Origin: an uncultured Pelagibacteraceae bacterium
GTDB taxonomy: Bacteria; Pseudomonadota; Alphaproteobacteria; Pelagibacterales; Pelagibacteraceae
NCBI GenBank assembly: GCA_902576815.1
Contig: CACGWQ010000005.1
Coordinates: 887-64,886, forward strand
Length of the DNA: 64,000 nt
Reading direction: 5' to 3'
The first letter of the stretch is position 1; every line of letters starts with the position of its first letter. Positions 31,301-40,294 of this stretch are shown in pieces. The notes under the pieces are model-generated. The model was not told the origin of the DNA. It searched no databases and worked only from the letters and a program-made list of their open reading frames with translations. The position numbers and the translations under genes were made by a program.

Positions 31301-31751
31301 TATTAATTTATTAAAAAATACAAATAGTTTTGGATCTTTTTTCTTAAACTCAATGATGAGTCATACTATGATAAATAATGACACTAACAAGATGGTAATT
31401 GACTCTTCGGGTATAATTTCATCAAATTTTGAAATAGGTTTTAAATTTAATAATTTGTTTAATAATGATCAATTAAAATTATCTCTATCACAGCCAAATA
31501 GAGTAGAAAAAGGCAATATGAAATTTAGACTAATGGGTCTTGCAAATAAAAACGGTGAAGTGCCATATGATGACCATACAATAAGTCTTAGTCCCTCTGG
31601 GAGGCAAAAGGATATGATATTAAGTTATTATAAAAACTTTGATGATGCTTTGAAAATTGGCTTTAAATCTATTTTTACAGATGATCATAGTCATGTTAAA
31701 AGTAGCTCTATTGACGCAAATTTTTTTATAACAGCTACATTAAATTTTTAA
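28332..31751 (+). CDS. Secreted S8 subtilisin-like protease with Calx-beta-like domain and probable C-terminal outer-membrane barrel
   Basis: Signal peptide; SGTATNGVDY...NDTTNETSETI (Calx-beta-like); triad VADFG, HCIHVAGIA, GSSMGSP; oxyanion SAGN; terminal ...ATLNF. Confidence 0.8.
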   Translation: MTNRNCCFTYIKILFIFCLSITYSQATVFKNYEEAKKCFDDYESFDQYKIKLKSCFDNKNITFEDESINLIKNKSGIIQQIIKLDLPLEKKNIFKESPFFNLKRFLNPNYKKEKKLEESLFDKPTVFSEDYLNKKFSLDEKDFSNLNRHIKAKPKDIYALTEDINYLTYKKNYISEFKRNEILLNIYNSFDPNSLNKIISERKAKKEEFSTPSIGGLAAITALAAAGGSGGGGGSSTPPTLSYTVSSKNISECSTGLTITANLTKAHSSNVVITYSTSGTATNGVDYNLTSSTTTIVSGGTTAQITLAPVNDTTNETSETIIISASATGGLETTGNTETTITIHDYVLACNSTAYTEDTSQQNTITNRTAWTNVDGDVTGGHPFELLNIHKAHSFKDGSGQYLTGEGETVHVADFGCDENHEQFNNKTVTMIDNDATFNPSHTELNHCIHVAGIAVGDINASRQGVAPDADVAFSHVGTSGTNMAGDLDSARALSAVSSNNSWGFCAQKIGGVCVDTFEATTLQNLMTANSTTHAEQLAASTSLFTSSTDVDTYIAALDNFQNNGIIVFSAGNVVEDDADAMAALPFFYDGVKETTDLSDAWITIIYADYTGSSLNSASTSDFTRKGNACGNSKEYCLTVDDFKISSGSHVTAGGSSEYDNIQGSSMGSPMISGGIALLAQAFPNHTPEQLADRLLASANNDWFTPTGNTTFTTHGASVKHGYHNEWGHGVPDFYAALSPITTSRNPLSFGGGGGSGGGGSGSADPIPFANMMKYPIKSSRITTSNSIGDAIYSSLKDKKVYAYDALNGGFIFNVSDFISDGNNPQIIDLTINDELNNLRNYKKIENDFDSQNFEGEFINLKDKFDRGVSITLDQNNIADQNYNRFKNKFYKNPFTTVNKGLGFNSKFYLMGNDIVIGYNNSNLNPLTNVNKDIILPVENLSMSIDLKNDQNNLYSLISGFMKEKNSFLLSKSEGAFGLGDNGSISNYYGINLLKNTNSFGSFFLNSMMSHTMINNDTNKMVIDSSGIISSNFEIGFKFNNLFNNDQLKLSLSQPNRVEKGNMKFRLMGLANKNGEVPYDDHTISLSPSGRQKDMILSYYKNFDDALKIGFKSIFTDDHSHVKSSSIDANFFITATLNF

Positions 31752-31866
31752 AATATTGCTAAGTAGCAAGATTTTTTAGGAAAATGTTGACAATTTTCTC
31801 ATTGAAATAATAATTTAATAGGATTTAATTTTAATTATATAAATTGTTAACAATTAAAGGGAAAAT

Positions 31867-33057
31867 ATGAAAAAATTATTAATAGGTATATTCGTGTTTA
31901 TCTTAAGCTTTACTTCAAAAGCTTTTTCAGATGGACATGGAATTAAAATGGGTATTATTTTAGGATTTACTGGTCCAATTGAAACTCTAACACCTGCAAT
32001 GGCAGCTTCTGCTGAACTAGCCTTTAAAGAAGCTTCGGATTCTGGTTCATTACTTGGTGGAAAAAAAATATCTGTAGAAAGAGCTGACTCAACTTGTGTT
32101 GACTCTGCTGCTGCTACAACTGCTGCTGAAGGCCTAGTTTCAGGTGGTGTTGTTGCTATTATGGGTGCTGATTGTTCTGGTGTTACAGGTGCAATAGCAA
32201 CTAATGTTGCCGTACCAAATGGTGTTGTTATGATTTCACCATCAGCTACATCTCCAGGATTAACTGATCTTAATGATAATGGTTATTTCTTTAGAACTGC
32301 TCCATCAGATGCTAGAGGAGGACAAGTCTTAGCAGATATTACAAAGGACAGAAAAGTTAAATCATTAGCTGTAACTCATACTAACAATGACTACGGAAAA
32401 GGTTTAGCAGATGTTTATGTAGCTGCAGTTAAAGCTCATGGAATTAAAGTAACAGCTGTTACAGCACACGAAGAAGGTAAAGGTGACTATGGTGCAGAAG
32501 TAGCGACACTTGCAGCAGCAGGTGGAGATGCTCTTGCCGTTTTAGGTTACTTAGATCAAGCTGGTGGTAGTATAATTCAAGGATCATTAGACTCTGGATC
32601 ATTTGATACTTTTGTTCTTTCGGATGGAATGATTGGTGACTCTCTTACTGACAGATTTGGAAAAGATTTAAATAAATCATTTGGATCTTTACCGGGATCA
32701 ATGGGTAAAGGTGCTGGTATATTTAAAAAAGTTGCTAGTGCTGGTGGTATTGACTCATCAGGTCCTTACACAGGTGAAAGTTATGATGCAGCAGCCTTAA
32801 TCACACTTGCAATGCAAGCTGGTGGAAAAGCTGACAGAATGACTGTTCAAAAAAATGTAATGTCAGTAGCCAATGCTCCTGGAACAAAAATTTATCCAGG
32901 TGAGTTAAAGAAAGCACTTGATTTATTAGCTAAAGGTAAAGCGGTAAACTATGAAGGTGCTACAGCTGTTGAATTTACAAATGTTGGTGAAGCTTTTGGA
33001 TCTTTTATTGAAAAAGAAATAAAAGGTGGAAAGTTTAAAGACAAAAAGCAAAGATAA
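31867..33057 (+). CDS. LivJ/LivK-family ABC substrate-binding protein
   Basis: Signal peptide, GFTGP, GADCSGVT, ISPSATSPGLT, FFRTAPSD, NNDYGKGL. Confidence 0.9.
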   Translation: MKKLLIGIFVFILSFTSKAFSDGHGIKMGIILGFTGPIETLTPAMAASAELAFKEASDSGSLLGGKKISVERADSTCVDSAAATTAAEGLVSGGVVAIMGADCSGVTGAIATNVAVPNGVVMISPSATSPGLTDLNDNGYFFRTAPSDARGGQVLADITKDRKVKSLAVTHTNNDYGKGLADVYVAAVKAHGIKVTAVTAHEEGKGDYGAEVATLAAAGGDALAVLGYLDQAGGSIIQGSLDSGSFDTFVLSDGMIGDSLTDRFGKDLNKSFGSLPGSMGKGAGIFKKVASAGGIDSSGPYTGESYDAAALITLAMQAGGKADRMTVQKNVMSVANAPGTKIYPGELKKALDLLAKGKAVNYEGATAVEFTNVGEAFGSFIEKEIKGGKFKDKKQR

Positions 33058-33064
33058 TTATAAA

Positions 33065-33096
33065 TTAAAACCCCAGTTTCTTAACTGGGGTTTTAA
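33065..33096. terminator. Bidirectional rho-independent terminator
   Basis: ttaaaaccccagtt-tctt-aactggggttttaa perfect 14-bp stem between convergent genes. Confidence 0.88.
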
Positions 33097-33160
33097 AATA
33101 AATATTTGTCAGATAAATAAAATATTAATCCTAAAACAATACCTAATAAAATATAATACA

Positions 33161-34531
33161 TTATTGTTTAATAATTTTTTCCGGAATAATTCCTTGTGGT
33201 CTATAACGCATTATTAAAAGTAAACCAATTCCAATAACTAAGAATCTGAAATATGGGGCACTTTCAATTAAGTGAACTCTCACTGCATTAGTTTCTGGCA
33301 GATGGGATGTAAACAAATTAATTAAAAATAATGCAATTGGAGCAGCTTCGACCCATAAAAACCAAACTACAAATCCCCCCAATATTGCTCCAAAATTATT
33401 TCCTGTTCCACCTACTATAACCATAACCCAAATTACAAAAGTATATCTCATAGGTCTATAGCTACCTGGTGTAAACAAACCGTCATTTGTAACCATCATA
33501 GCTCCAGCTAAGCCAACAATTGCAGATCCCAAAATAAAAATAAGTAGATGCTCTTTAACAATATTTTTACCCATTGCACTTGCCGCCTCTTCATTATCTC
33601 TTATAGCTCTCATTTTTCTTCCCCAAGGTGAATAAAGAGCTTTCTGAGTCACAATTAATAAGAAAATAACAACAGTAAGAAATAAACCTGTAAAACATAA
33701 TTTTACATAAACCGATGAAGCATCAATAACCATTTGATTTAGAGCTTCTTGCTTATCAGAGATTGAATTAATTAAATTTAATTTTGATGAATTAAATTTT
33801 GTAACTAAATTTATAAACCATTCTGAAGTTTGTAGATCTATTTCGTATGGTGCTGGTCTTTTTAATCCTATTACATTTTTTACACCTCTTGCCAACCATT
33901 CCTCATGTTTAATAATTGAAACGATAATTTCTGCTATTAATAATGTTGCAATAGCTAAATAATCTGCACGAAGACCTAATGCGATCTTTCCTATGACAAA
34001 TGCTAAACCGCCAGCCAAAAGCGCACCGAAAATCCAGGAAAATAAAACGGGTAATCCCATGCCACCAAGAAATCCTGTCTTTGCTGGATCAACTGACTCT
34101 ATAGCTTCTATTCCTGGTGCAGCAGTTACTCTTAGTAAAATTATTCCACCCAAGATTACAGAGGCTACTGAGTAATTTCTTAATTTAGACTTATCAAATC
34201 TATTAAGTATAAATTTAACTACAAAGATAATTGCAACAATTATCCATATACAAGCTAAAATATTTAAACCTCCAACTTGCCAAGCTTTTTTGACTGGTTC
34301 AACCGAAACTAAGACTACAGCTAATCCTCCTAATGCTGTATATCCCATTATCCCAAAATTAATTAATCCAGCATAACCCCATTGTATATTTGCCCCAATT
34401 GTCATAACTGCAGAAATTAAACAATAATTTAAAATAGTTAATGCTATAGACCAAGATTGAAATATCCCAACCAAAATTATTAAAAATATCATGATTGAAT
34501 ATGCGGCGATGACATTTTTATAATTTCTCAT
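33161..34531 (-). CDS. livM: LivM-type ABC permease
   Basis: QWGYAGLINFG, LRADYLAIATL, GRKMRAIRDNE, VIVGGTGN. Confidence 0.9.
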   Translation of the reverse strand: MRNYKNVIAAYSIMIFLIILVGIFQSWSIALTILNYCLISAVMTIGANIQWGYAGLINFGIMGYTALGGLAVVLVSVEPVKKAWQVGGLNILACIWIIVAIIFVVKFILNRFDKSKLRNYSVASVILGGIILLRVTAAPGIEAIESVDPAKTGFLGGMGLPVLFSWIFGALLAGGLAFVIGKIALGLRADYLAIATLLIAEIIVSIIKHEEWLARGVKNVIGLKRPAPYEIDLQTSEWFINLVTKFNSSKLNLINSISDKQEALNQMVIDASSVYVKLCFTGLFLTVVIFLLIVTQKALYSPWGRKMRAIRDNEEAASAMGKNIVKEHLLIFILGSAIVGLAGAMMVTNDGLFTPGSYRPMRYTFVIWVMVIVGGTGNNFGAILGGFVVWFLWVEAAPIALFLINLFTSHLPETNAVRVHLIESAPYFRFLVIGIGLLLIMRYRPQGIIPEKIIKQ

Positions 34532-35538
34532 ATTACTTTTCCTTTAAAGATACCTGACGGCCTTATTAATAAAACAATTACTAAAATTGAGAATGAAACT
34601 GCAAACTTGTAATCTGTCGATAATAACTGGAGTAAAGAGTCTGGCTCAAGATGTTCAGGTAATAGATATGAAATAAATCTTTTGTATGCGTAAGTTACAA
34701 ATATTTCTGCAAAAGCTATAACATATCCACCTAGGAAGGCTCCAAATGGATTTCCGATTCCTCCAACAATTGCTGCGGCGAATATTGGAAGCATATTATT
34801 AAAATAAACAAAAGGTCTATAACTTTTATCTAAACCGTATAATACTCCACCAATAGTAGCTAAAATTCCTGCGATGACCCATGTTATCAAAACAACTCTC
34901 TTAGGATCTATACCAGACAATAATGCTAAATCTTCATTGTCTGAATAAGCTCTCATACTTGTTCCAGTTTTAGTTCTATTTAAAAACCAAAACATTATTG
35001 AAACAACAATTAAAGTTACGATTATTGTTATTGCTTGTGTTGATTTTAAAGTTATACCTTCTGCAAGACCAGTCATTTCTTTAAATTCTGTTGCTTTAAT
35101 TATAAATTTTTCACCATCTAAAAATCTTCTGTCAGATGGTCCAATGATTATTCTAATTAAGGCTTGAGTGACAAACATTACCCCTACGCTAACCATTGCA
35201 AACTGAACAGGAGGACTCTTTTTTATCCTGTAATAACTGAAAACAAATTTGTCTATGATTAACATATATAAAATCATCATTAGGATGGCGAAAGGAATTG
35301 TTAAAAGTGCTGTTGGTAAAACACCTAATCCAAAACCTAAGGACTGAAAATAATATGTTAGAATAACTGCAAACATTGTTCCAAAAGACATCATGTCTCC
35401 GGTTGCAAAATTAGCAAATCTTAAAACTGCGTAAATTAAAGTAACAAAAATAGCACCTAAAGCTAATTGTGAACCATAAGCTAAGGCTGGTATCACCGTG
35501 AAATTAAAAAGTACAATTATTGCATTTAAGAAATCCAT
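34528..35538 (-). CDS. livH: LivH-type ABC permease
   Basis: RFANFATGD, TKTGTSMRAYSDN, AAIVGGIGNP, RPSGIF. Confidence 0.9.
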   Translation of the reverse strand: MDFLNAIIVLFNFTVIPALAYGSQLALGAIFVTLIYAVLRFANFATGDMMSFGTMFAVILTYYFQSLGFGLGVLPTALLTIPFAILMMILYMLIIDKFVFSYYRIKKSPPVQFAMVSVGVMFVTQALIRIIIGPSDRRFLDGEKFIIKATEFKEMTGLAEGITLKSTQAITIIVTLIVVSIMFWFLNRTKTGTSMRAYSDNEDLALLSGIDPKRVVLITWVIAGILATIGGVLYGLDKSYRPFVYFNNMLPIFAAAIVGGIGNPFGAFLGGYVIAFAEIFVTYAYKRFISYLLPEHLEPDSLLQLLSTDYKFAVSFSILVIVLLIRPSGIFKGKVI

Positions 35539-36245
35539 TATGCTCCCAAAAATGATCTACGAACCTCAGGATCCTCAAGTAAATCATTACCGGATCCCTC
35601 AAATTTATTTTGACCTGTTACCAATACATAGCCTCGGTCTGAAATACTTAATGCTTGTTTTGCGTTTTGCTCAACCATAATAACAGCAACATTTGTTTTT
35701 TTAACTTTTATTATATGTTCAAACAATTCATCCATTACAATTGGAGAAACTCCAGCTGTGGGCTCATCTAACATAAGAACTGATGGATCACTCATTAAAG
35801 CTCTTCCAAGCGCGACTTGCTGACGTTGTCCACCAGATAATTGTCCGACGACTTGAGATTTTTTTTCACTCAAGATCGGAAATAAACTATAAATACTCTC
35901 AATTTTATTTTCTAAATTCCCTTCTGTCAAAAAGCCACCGATCTCTAAATTTTCTCTAACAGTTAATTCTGCAAATACATTTCTTGTTTGTGGAACAAAT
36001 GAAATACCCTTTTTTACTCGATCTTGAGGATTAATTTTTGAAATATCTTCACCATTCAAAATTACAGAGCCTGATTTTAATTTTAATAATCCGAGCATCG
36101 CTTTCATGGCTGTTGATTTGCCAGCACCATTTGGACCTAGAATAGCTACTATCTCCCCCCTATTTGCAGTTATGGAACATGAGCTAATAATATCAGGGCC
36201 ATCTCCATAACCTGCAGTCATTTTAGCTCCTTCAAAGTATGCCAT
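35538..36245 (-). CDS. livF: LivF-type ABC ATPase
   Basis: GPNGAGKST, LSGGQRQ, LDEPTAG, VEQNA. Confidence 0.9.
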   Translation of the reverse strand: MAYFEGAKMTAGYGDGPDIISSCSITANRGEIVAILGPNGAGKSTAMKAMLGLLKLKSGSVILNGEDISKINPQDRVKKGISFVPQTRNVFAELTVRENLEIGGFLTEGNLENKIESIYSLFPILSEKKSQVVGQLSGGQRQQVALGRALMSDPSVLMLDEPTAGVSPIVMDELFEHIIKVKKTNVAVIMVEQNAKQALSISDRGYVLVTGQNKFEGSGNDLLEDPEVRRSFLGA

Positions 36246-37033
36246 TAATTTTCTTTTTTTGTTAGGTTTGACTTTCCAAGATAGCTCTCTATTACTGCTT
36301 CGTTTTTTTTCACTTCATCAGATGTTCCTTCAAATAAAACTGAACCATCTGCCATTACTATTACTGGATCACACATTCTGCTTATAAAATCCATATCATG
36401 CTCTATCATACAAAAAGTGTAATTTTTTTCTTTATTCAATTTTAATATTGCAGTTCCCAGATCTTTTAAAAGTGTTCGATTAACTCCTGCTCCTACTTCA
36501 TCAAGTAAAACCAATTTTGCATCAACCATCATAGTTCTGCCTAATTCTAATAATTTTTTTTGACCTCCTGAAAGATTTCCTGCCCTTTCATTTGCTAAAT
36601 GTGTTAAATTAAGAAAATCTACAACCTCATAGGCTTTTTCTCTAATAATTTTTTCCTCTTTTTTAACTAGTCCTGGTTTGATAAGTGCATTTAATAAATT
36701 TTCTCCGCTTTGATTTGATGGCACCATCATTAAGTTTTCTAAAACTGTTAAGTTTGAAAATTCATGTGCAATCTGAAAGGTTCTTAATAATCCTCTGCCA
36801 AACAACTTATGCGATGGTACATCAGTAATATTTTCATCATTAAATATTACCTCTCCATCATTAGATTTTAAATTTCCAGCTATTAAATTAAATAATGTAG
36901 TTTTTCCTGAACCGTTTGGGCCAATTATTCCAGTTATTGAACCCGATCTAATATTTAATGAGCAATTTGATACTGCTGCTAGTCCTCCAAATAATTTTGT
37001 AAGATTATTTACCTGTAAGATATTGTCAGACAT
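36245..37033 (-). CDS. livG: LivG-type ABC ATPase
   Basis: FGGLAAV, GPNGSGKTT, RTFQ, IEHDM, ESYLG. Confidence 0.9.
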   Translation of the reverse strand: MSDNILQVNNLTKLFGGLAAVSNCSLNIRSGSITGIIGPNGSGKTTLFNLIAGNLKSNDGEVIFNDENITDVPSHKLFGRGLLRTFQIAHEFSNLTVLENLMMVPSNQSGENLLNALIKPGLVKKEEKIIREKAYEVVDFLNLTHLANERAGNLSGGQKKLLELGRTMMVDAKLVLLDEVGAGVNRTLLKDLGTAILKLNKEKNYTFCMIEHDMDFISRMCDPVIVMADGSVLFEGTSDEVKKNEAVIESYLGKSNLTKKEN

Positions 37034-37807
37034 TTACTTACTTTTTTTTAATCTATTCAAGACGCTATTTGCTGTTTTATTGAGAGATTTATAAAATCCT
37101 AGTTTTCTTAATTCTTTTACAGCTTGTTCATTTAAACCTTTTGGGGTTTGTGAATTTTTAACAAGTACTTTTAAATCTTTATTTGAATTAATTTTTGCAT
37201 CTTCAGATAAAGCAATAAATAACGAGGTAATATACTTTTGAGAGTCACTCCTATTAATTCCTTTTTTTACTAACCATTCACTCAGAGTTTGTAGTAATTC
37301 ATAAAATGGTGCCATCATTGATGAAGTTGACCAAAAATTTAGTGATAAGTTTTCATTTTTTATTTCAACAGATGTGCCAAGTTTATTAAAAAAATTTCTA
37401 ACTTGTTTATCTGGTGGAAAAATTGGTACCGGTCCTTTTCTAAGAGAAATTGGAGGCAAAGGAATTGCTCTAATAATCTTGGTTTTAACTTTAATATATT
37501 TTTTTAATTCAGTCATTTTTATAGTTGATATAAAACTTATTATCGTTTGACCTTTTTTAAATTTTAGTTTTGGAAGAATAATTTTTCCAATCGTTGGTGT
37601 TACTGCTAAAAAAACCCAATTTGATTGATTTATAATATCCTGATTATCAGCAGATATTTTTATCTTTTTACTTTTTCTTTTAAGTTCACTTGAAATTTTT
37701 GAATTTCTCTTTGAAACAATTATTTTATTAATTTTTAATTTTGATCCCAGTATTCCATTGATTACTGATTTTGAGATATGTCCTGTACCAATAAATCCGA
37801 TTTTCAT
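37034..37807 (-). CDS. proC: Pyrroline-5-carboxylate reductase family protein
   Basis: KIGFIGTGHI, FLAV.P, TPKGLNEQ. Confidence 0.78.
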   Translation of the reverse strand: MKIGFIGTGHISKSVINGILGSKLKINKIIVSKRNSKISSELKRKSKKIKISADNQDIINQSNWVFLAVTPTIGKIILPKLKFKKGQTIISFISTIKMTELKKYIKVKTKIIRAIPLPPISLRKGPVPIFPPDKQVRNFFNKLGTSVEIKNENLSLNFWSTSSMMAPFYELLQTLSEWLVKKGINRSDSQKYITSLFIALSEDAKINSNKDLKVLVKNSQTPKGLNEQAVKELRKLGFYKSLNKTANSVLNRLKKSK

Positions 37808-37840
37808 GATAAACTAAGTGATTATTATCACTAAAATTAA

Positions 37841-38761
37841 TTAATTAGTAAAAAAAGAACCTCTTATTCTTAGTAATTCTCTTGATAATTTTTTATTTTC
37901 TACAAATGGTTTTCTACCATGAAGCCAGAAATAGTTATTTGCAACTACTGAAAAGCCAACTGGTAAAGGCATTACAATCTTTTTTTGACTTCCCTCTAAA
38001 GAGTCTGACAATTTTTGTAGAAATAGTCCTTGTTCCATATTTTTGGGCTCAGGAAATTGATCTATGTAAGAAATTTGTGGTTTTCCATTTTCGTCTTCTG
38101 AAAAAACGGGATGTTCCACCTTGTAATCAACATTTTTACTTTTTGGGGAACCCCATATAAAGTTTTGTTTTCCAACTTTATCATTAGTTAAGCTATCTAA
38201 ATGTTCCCAATCATCAAGGTGTAACATTGCAGTTTCACCTCCTTGAACATTTTCTTCCTCCATTTTTAACATTAACAACCAATCAGTTTTTTCTTTGACG
38301 TAAGTTCCATCAGTATGAAGATCCATATTAGTATATGCTTTTCTAAGATATGAGTCGCTATTGTCCTCATGTTTAACATGAAATCTTGCATAATATTTTC
38401 CAGCCATTGAATCAAAATTTGGATTACCAAGTAAGTGTGTTACAGCTGTTGATAGTTTAATAAGAAAATTATTATCAATTTTTTTAGATTTATTTTTAGG
38501 CCCTATAATAAAACAACCAGTATCTCTATCTCTTAAAACAGAGTTTATAAATTTTCCTAGCTTCCCCCCTGTTGAATCATCTAAAGATTTTGCAAGTGTA
38601 AATCTAGTAAAAGGTTTATATTCAAGAGCTGTAATATCAAATTTTTTAAAAGGAAATATTAGTTTATCTATTATTTCATCTTCAATTTTAATATTTATTA
38701 TTCTTTTGGAATAATCACTAAATGAAATATCAAACCCTTGAATAGTATCTAAGCTATCCAT
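37841..38761 (-). CDS. csiD: Glutarate 2-hydroxylase (CsiD/GlaH)
   Basis: ALEYKPFTRF, DNSDSYLR, LHTDGTYV, LHLDDWE, NYFWLHGR, RELLRIRG. Confidence 0.9.
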   Translation of the reverse strand: MDSLDTIQGFDISFSDYSKRIINIKIEDEIIDKLIFPFKKFDITALEYKPFTRFTLAKSLDDSTGGKLGKFINSVLRDRDTGCFIIGPKNKSKKIDNNFLIKLSTAVTHLLGNPNFDSMAGKYYARFHVKHEDNSDSYLRKAYTNMDLHTDGTYVKEKTDWLLMLKMEEENVQGGETAMLHLDDWEHLDSLTNDKVGKQNFIWGSPKSKNVDYKVEHPVFSEDENGKPQISYIDQFPEPKNMEQGLFLQKLSDSLEGSQKKIVMPLPVGFSVVANNYFWLHGRKPFVENKKLSRELLRIRGSFFTN

Positions 38762-38766
38762 TATAA

Positions 38767-39273
38767 TTATTTGTTACAAACTCCAATTGAATTTGGTCCA
38801 CATGTTTCACCATTGGTCCATGTAGCTCCAATTAAATTTGCTCCATCAAAATTAGCGTTAGTCATATTTGATGAGGTAAAATTGGCTTCCATTAAATTTG
38901 CGTTTTGAAAATTTGCTTCAATTAATGTTGAGCCCATAAAATCAACTCTTGTCATATTTGCTCCTGTAAAATTAGCTTTTTCAAAATTTCCACCAACTAG
39001 AGTTGACTCATATAAGTTAGCTCTTACAAATGTTGACTCTGGAAAAGTTCCAAATGACAAATTTGATGTCATCATAATACTTTTATCAAAATTTACTTGT
39101 ATAAAACTTGCAAATGATAAATTTGAGTTAGGCAAATAACTTCCTTGCAAATCTTGTCCATCTGAAAATCTACAGTTAGTATAATCAACACCATCGGTTA
39201 AAGGATCATCACATGCTGCTTGTGACATGCCTGGTATTAAAACCAAGAACAACAATAAAATAATTTTTTTCAT
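38767..39273 (-). CDS. Exported pentapeptide-repeat protein
   Basis: Signal peptide, A(N/D)(F/L)xx repeats, Cys caps at both ends. Confidence 0.88.
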   Translation of the reverse strand: MKKIILLLFLVLIPGMSQAACDDPLTDGVDYTNCRFSDGQDLQGSYLPNSNLSFASFIQVNFDKSIMMTSNLSFGTFPESTFVRANLYESTLVGGNFEKANFTGANMTRVDFMGSTLIEANFQNANLMEANFTSSNMTNANFDGANLIGATWTNGETCGPNSIGVCNK

Positions 39274-39612
39274 TTATATCGCAAAGCTACTTAATAAAAA
39301 CATAATGATAGCAGAGAATAAAGTTGGGTAAACTAAATTATTTCTAGTTAATTTAAAAATTATTATTGCTAAAAGCACAACGATAAATCTAGACAAATAA
39401 TTACTGTCAGAAAGTGCACCAGCTGGAAATATTATCATTCTAGAAATTAAAGCAGCCAATGTCGAATAGGCTAAATAATTAAACCACCTATATATTTTAG
39501 TATTTTCATCTATTATTTCAGATGTAAAAGCTCCTAAAAACCTTGAAATATAAGTAGCTAAAGATGTAATAACTATTATTAAAACAATATTAGCCGACAT
39601 TTTTCTCTCCAA
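39274..39612 (-). CDS. azlD: AzlD-family membrane protein
   Basis: TYISRFLG, STLAALI; coupled to azlC. Confidence 0.75.
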   Translation of the reverse strand: MERKMSANIVLIIVITSLATYISRFLGAFTSEIIDENTKIYRWFNYLAYSTLAALISRMIIFPAGALSDSNYLSRFIVVLLAIIIFKLTRNNLVYPTLFSAIIMFLLSSFAI

Positions 39613-40294
39613 TTACAAAAGCAACAGTTCCAGCTAAAAACCCGCCAATCAAAACACACCAATCAGGACTAATAAAATAAAATAAAGGTCCTAGGATAGC
39701 TCCTAAAATTATTGAAACATTTAATTGTATAGACTTCATCACTCCTATCATTGTGCAAGTAAAATAAATTGGATTAATTATAGCTAATCCAATCATCATT
39801 TCTCTATTTAAAAAATCAGCAGAGTAATAACCTAGGATAGTTGAAAAAATTGCTATCAACCAAGTTGCAGTTCCAATTCCTATCCAAAAATCGACTCTAT
39901 ATTTTTTTTCAATATCTTTATAATTATTTTTAAGAATTAACCACGAAGATACCGCAACAAAATGACATGAAAGATAATACTTCCATCTTGGTTGACTTTG
40001 GTGCTTTAACAATGGCATTAAAGATACAGTCATCGGATACAATCTTGCATTAACTAACCAAACTGCAAAAAATAAATTTAGTAACGAAACGCCAATCAAA
40101 ATTGATTCTGCCATCACAAGTGAGCCAGGTAATGCATAAGTTAAAAAGGTAGAAAAAATACTTTCTTGAATTGTAAAACCTAAATTTTTTAATAAAGCTC
40201 CAATTGCTAAAAAACTTAAACCAAGAGCAATTGCAGGGCTATCGAATTCTTTTGCACAAAGAATTCCTTTAAAAAAAAATTTTGAATTAATCAT
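39590..40294 (-). CDS. azlC: AzlC-family amino acid exporter
   Basis: YALPG, LVNARLYPM, multi-TM. Confidence 0.8.
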   Translation of the reverse strand: MINSKFFFKGILCAKEFDSPAIALGLSFLAIGALLKNLGFTIQESIFSTFLTYALPGSLVMAESILIGVSLLNLFFAVWLVNARLYPMTVSLMPLLKHQSQPRWKYYLSCHFVAVSSWLILKNNYKDIEKKYRVDFWIGIGTATWLIAIFSTILGYYSADFLNREMMIGLAIINPIYFTCTMIGVMKSIQLNVSIILGAILGPLFYFISPDWCVLIGGFLAGTVAFVIGEKNVG

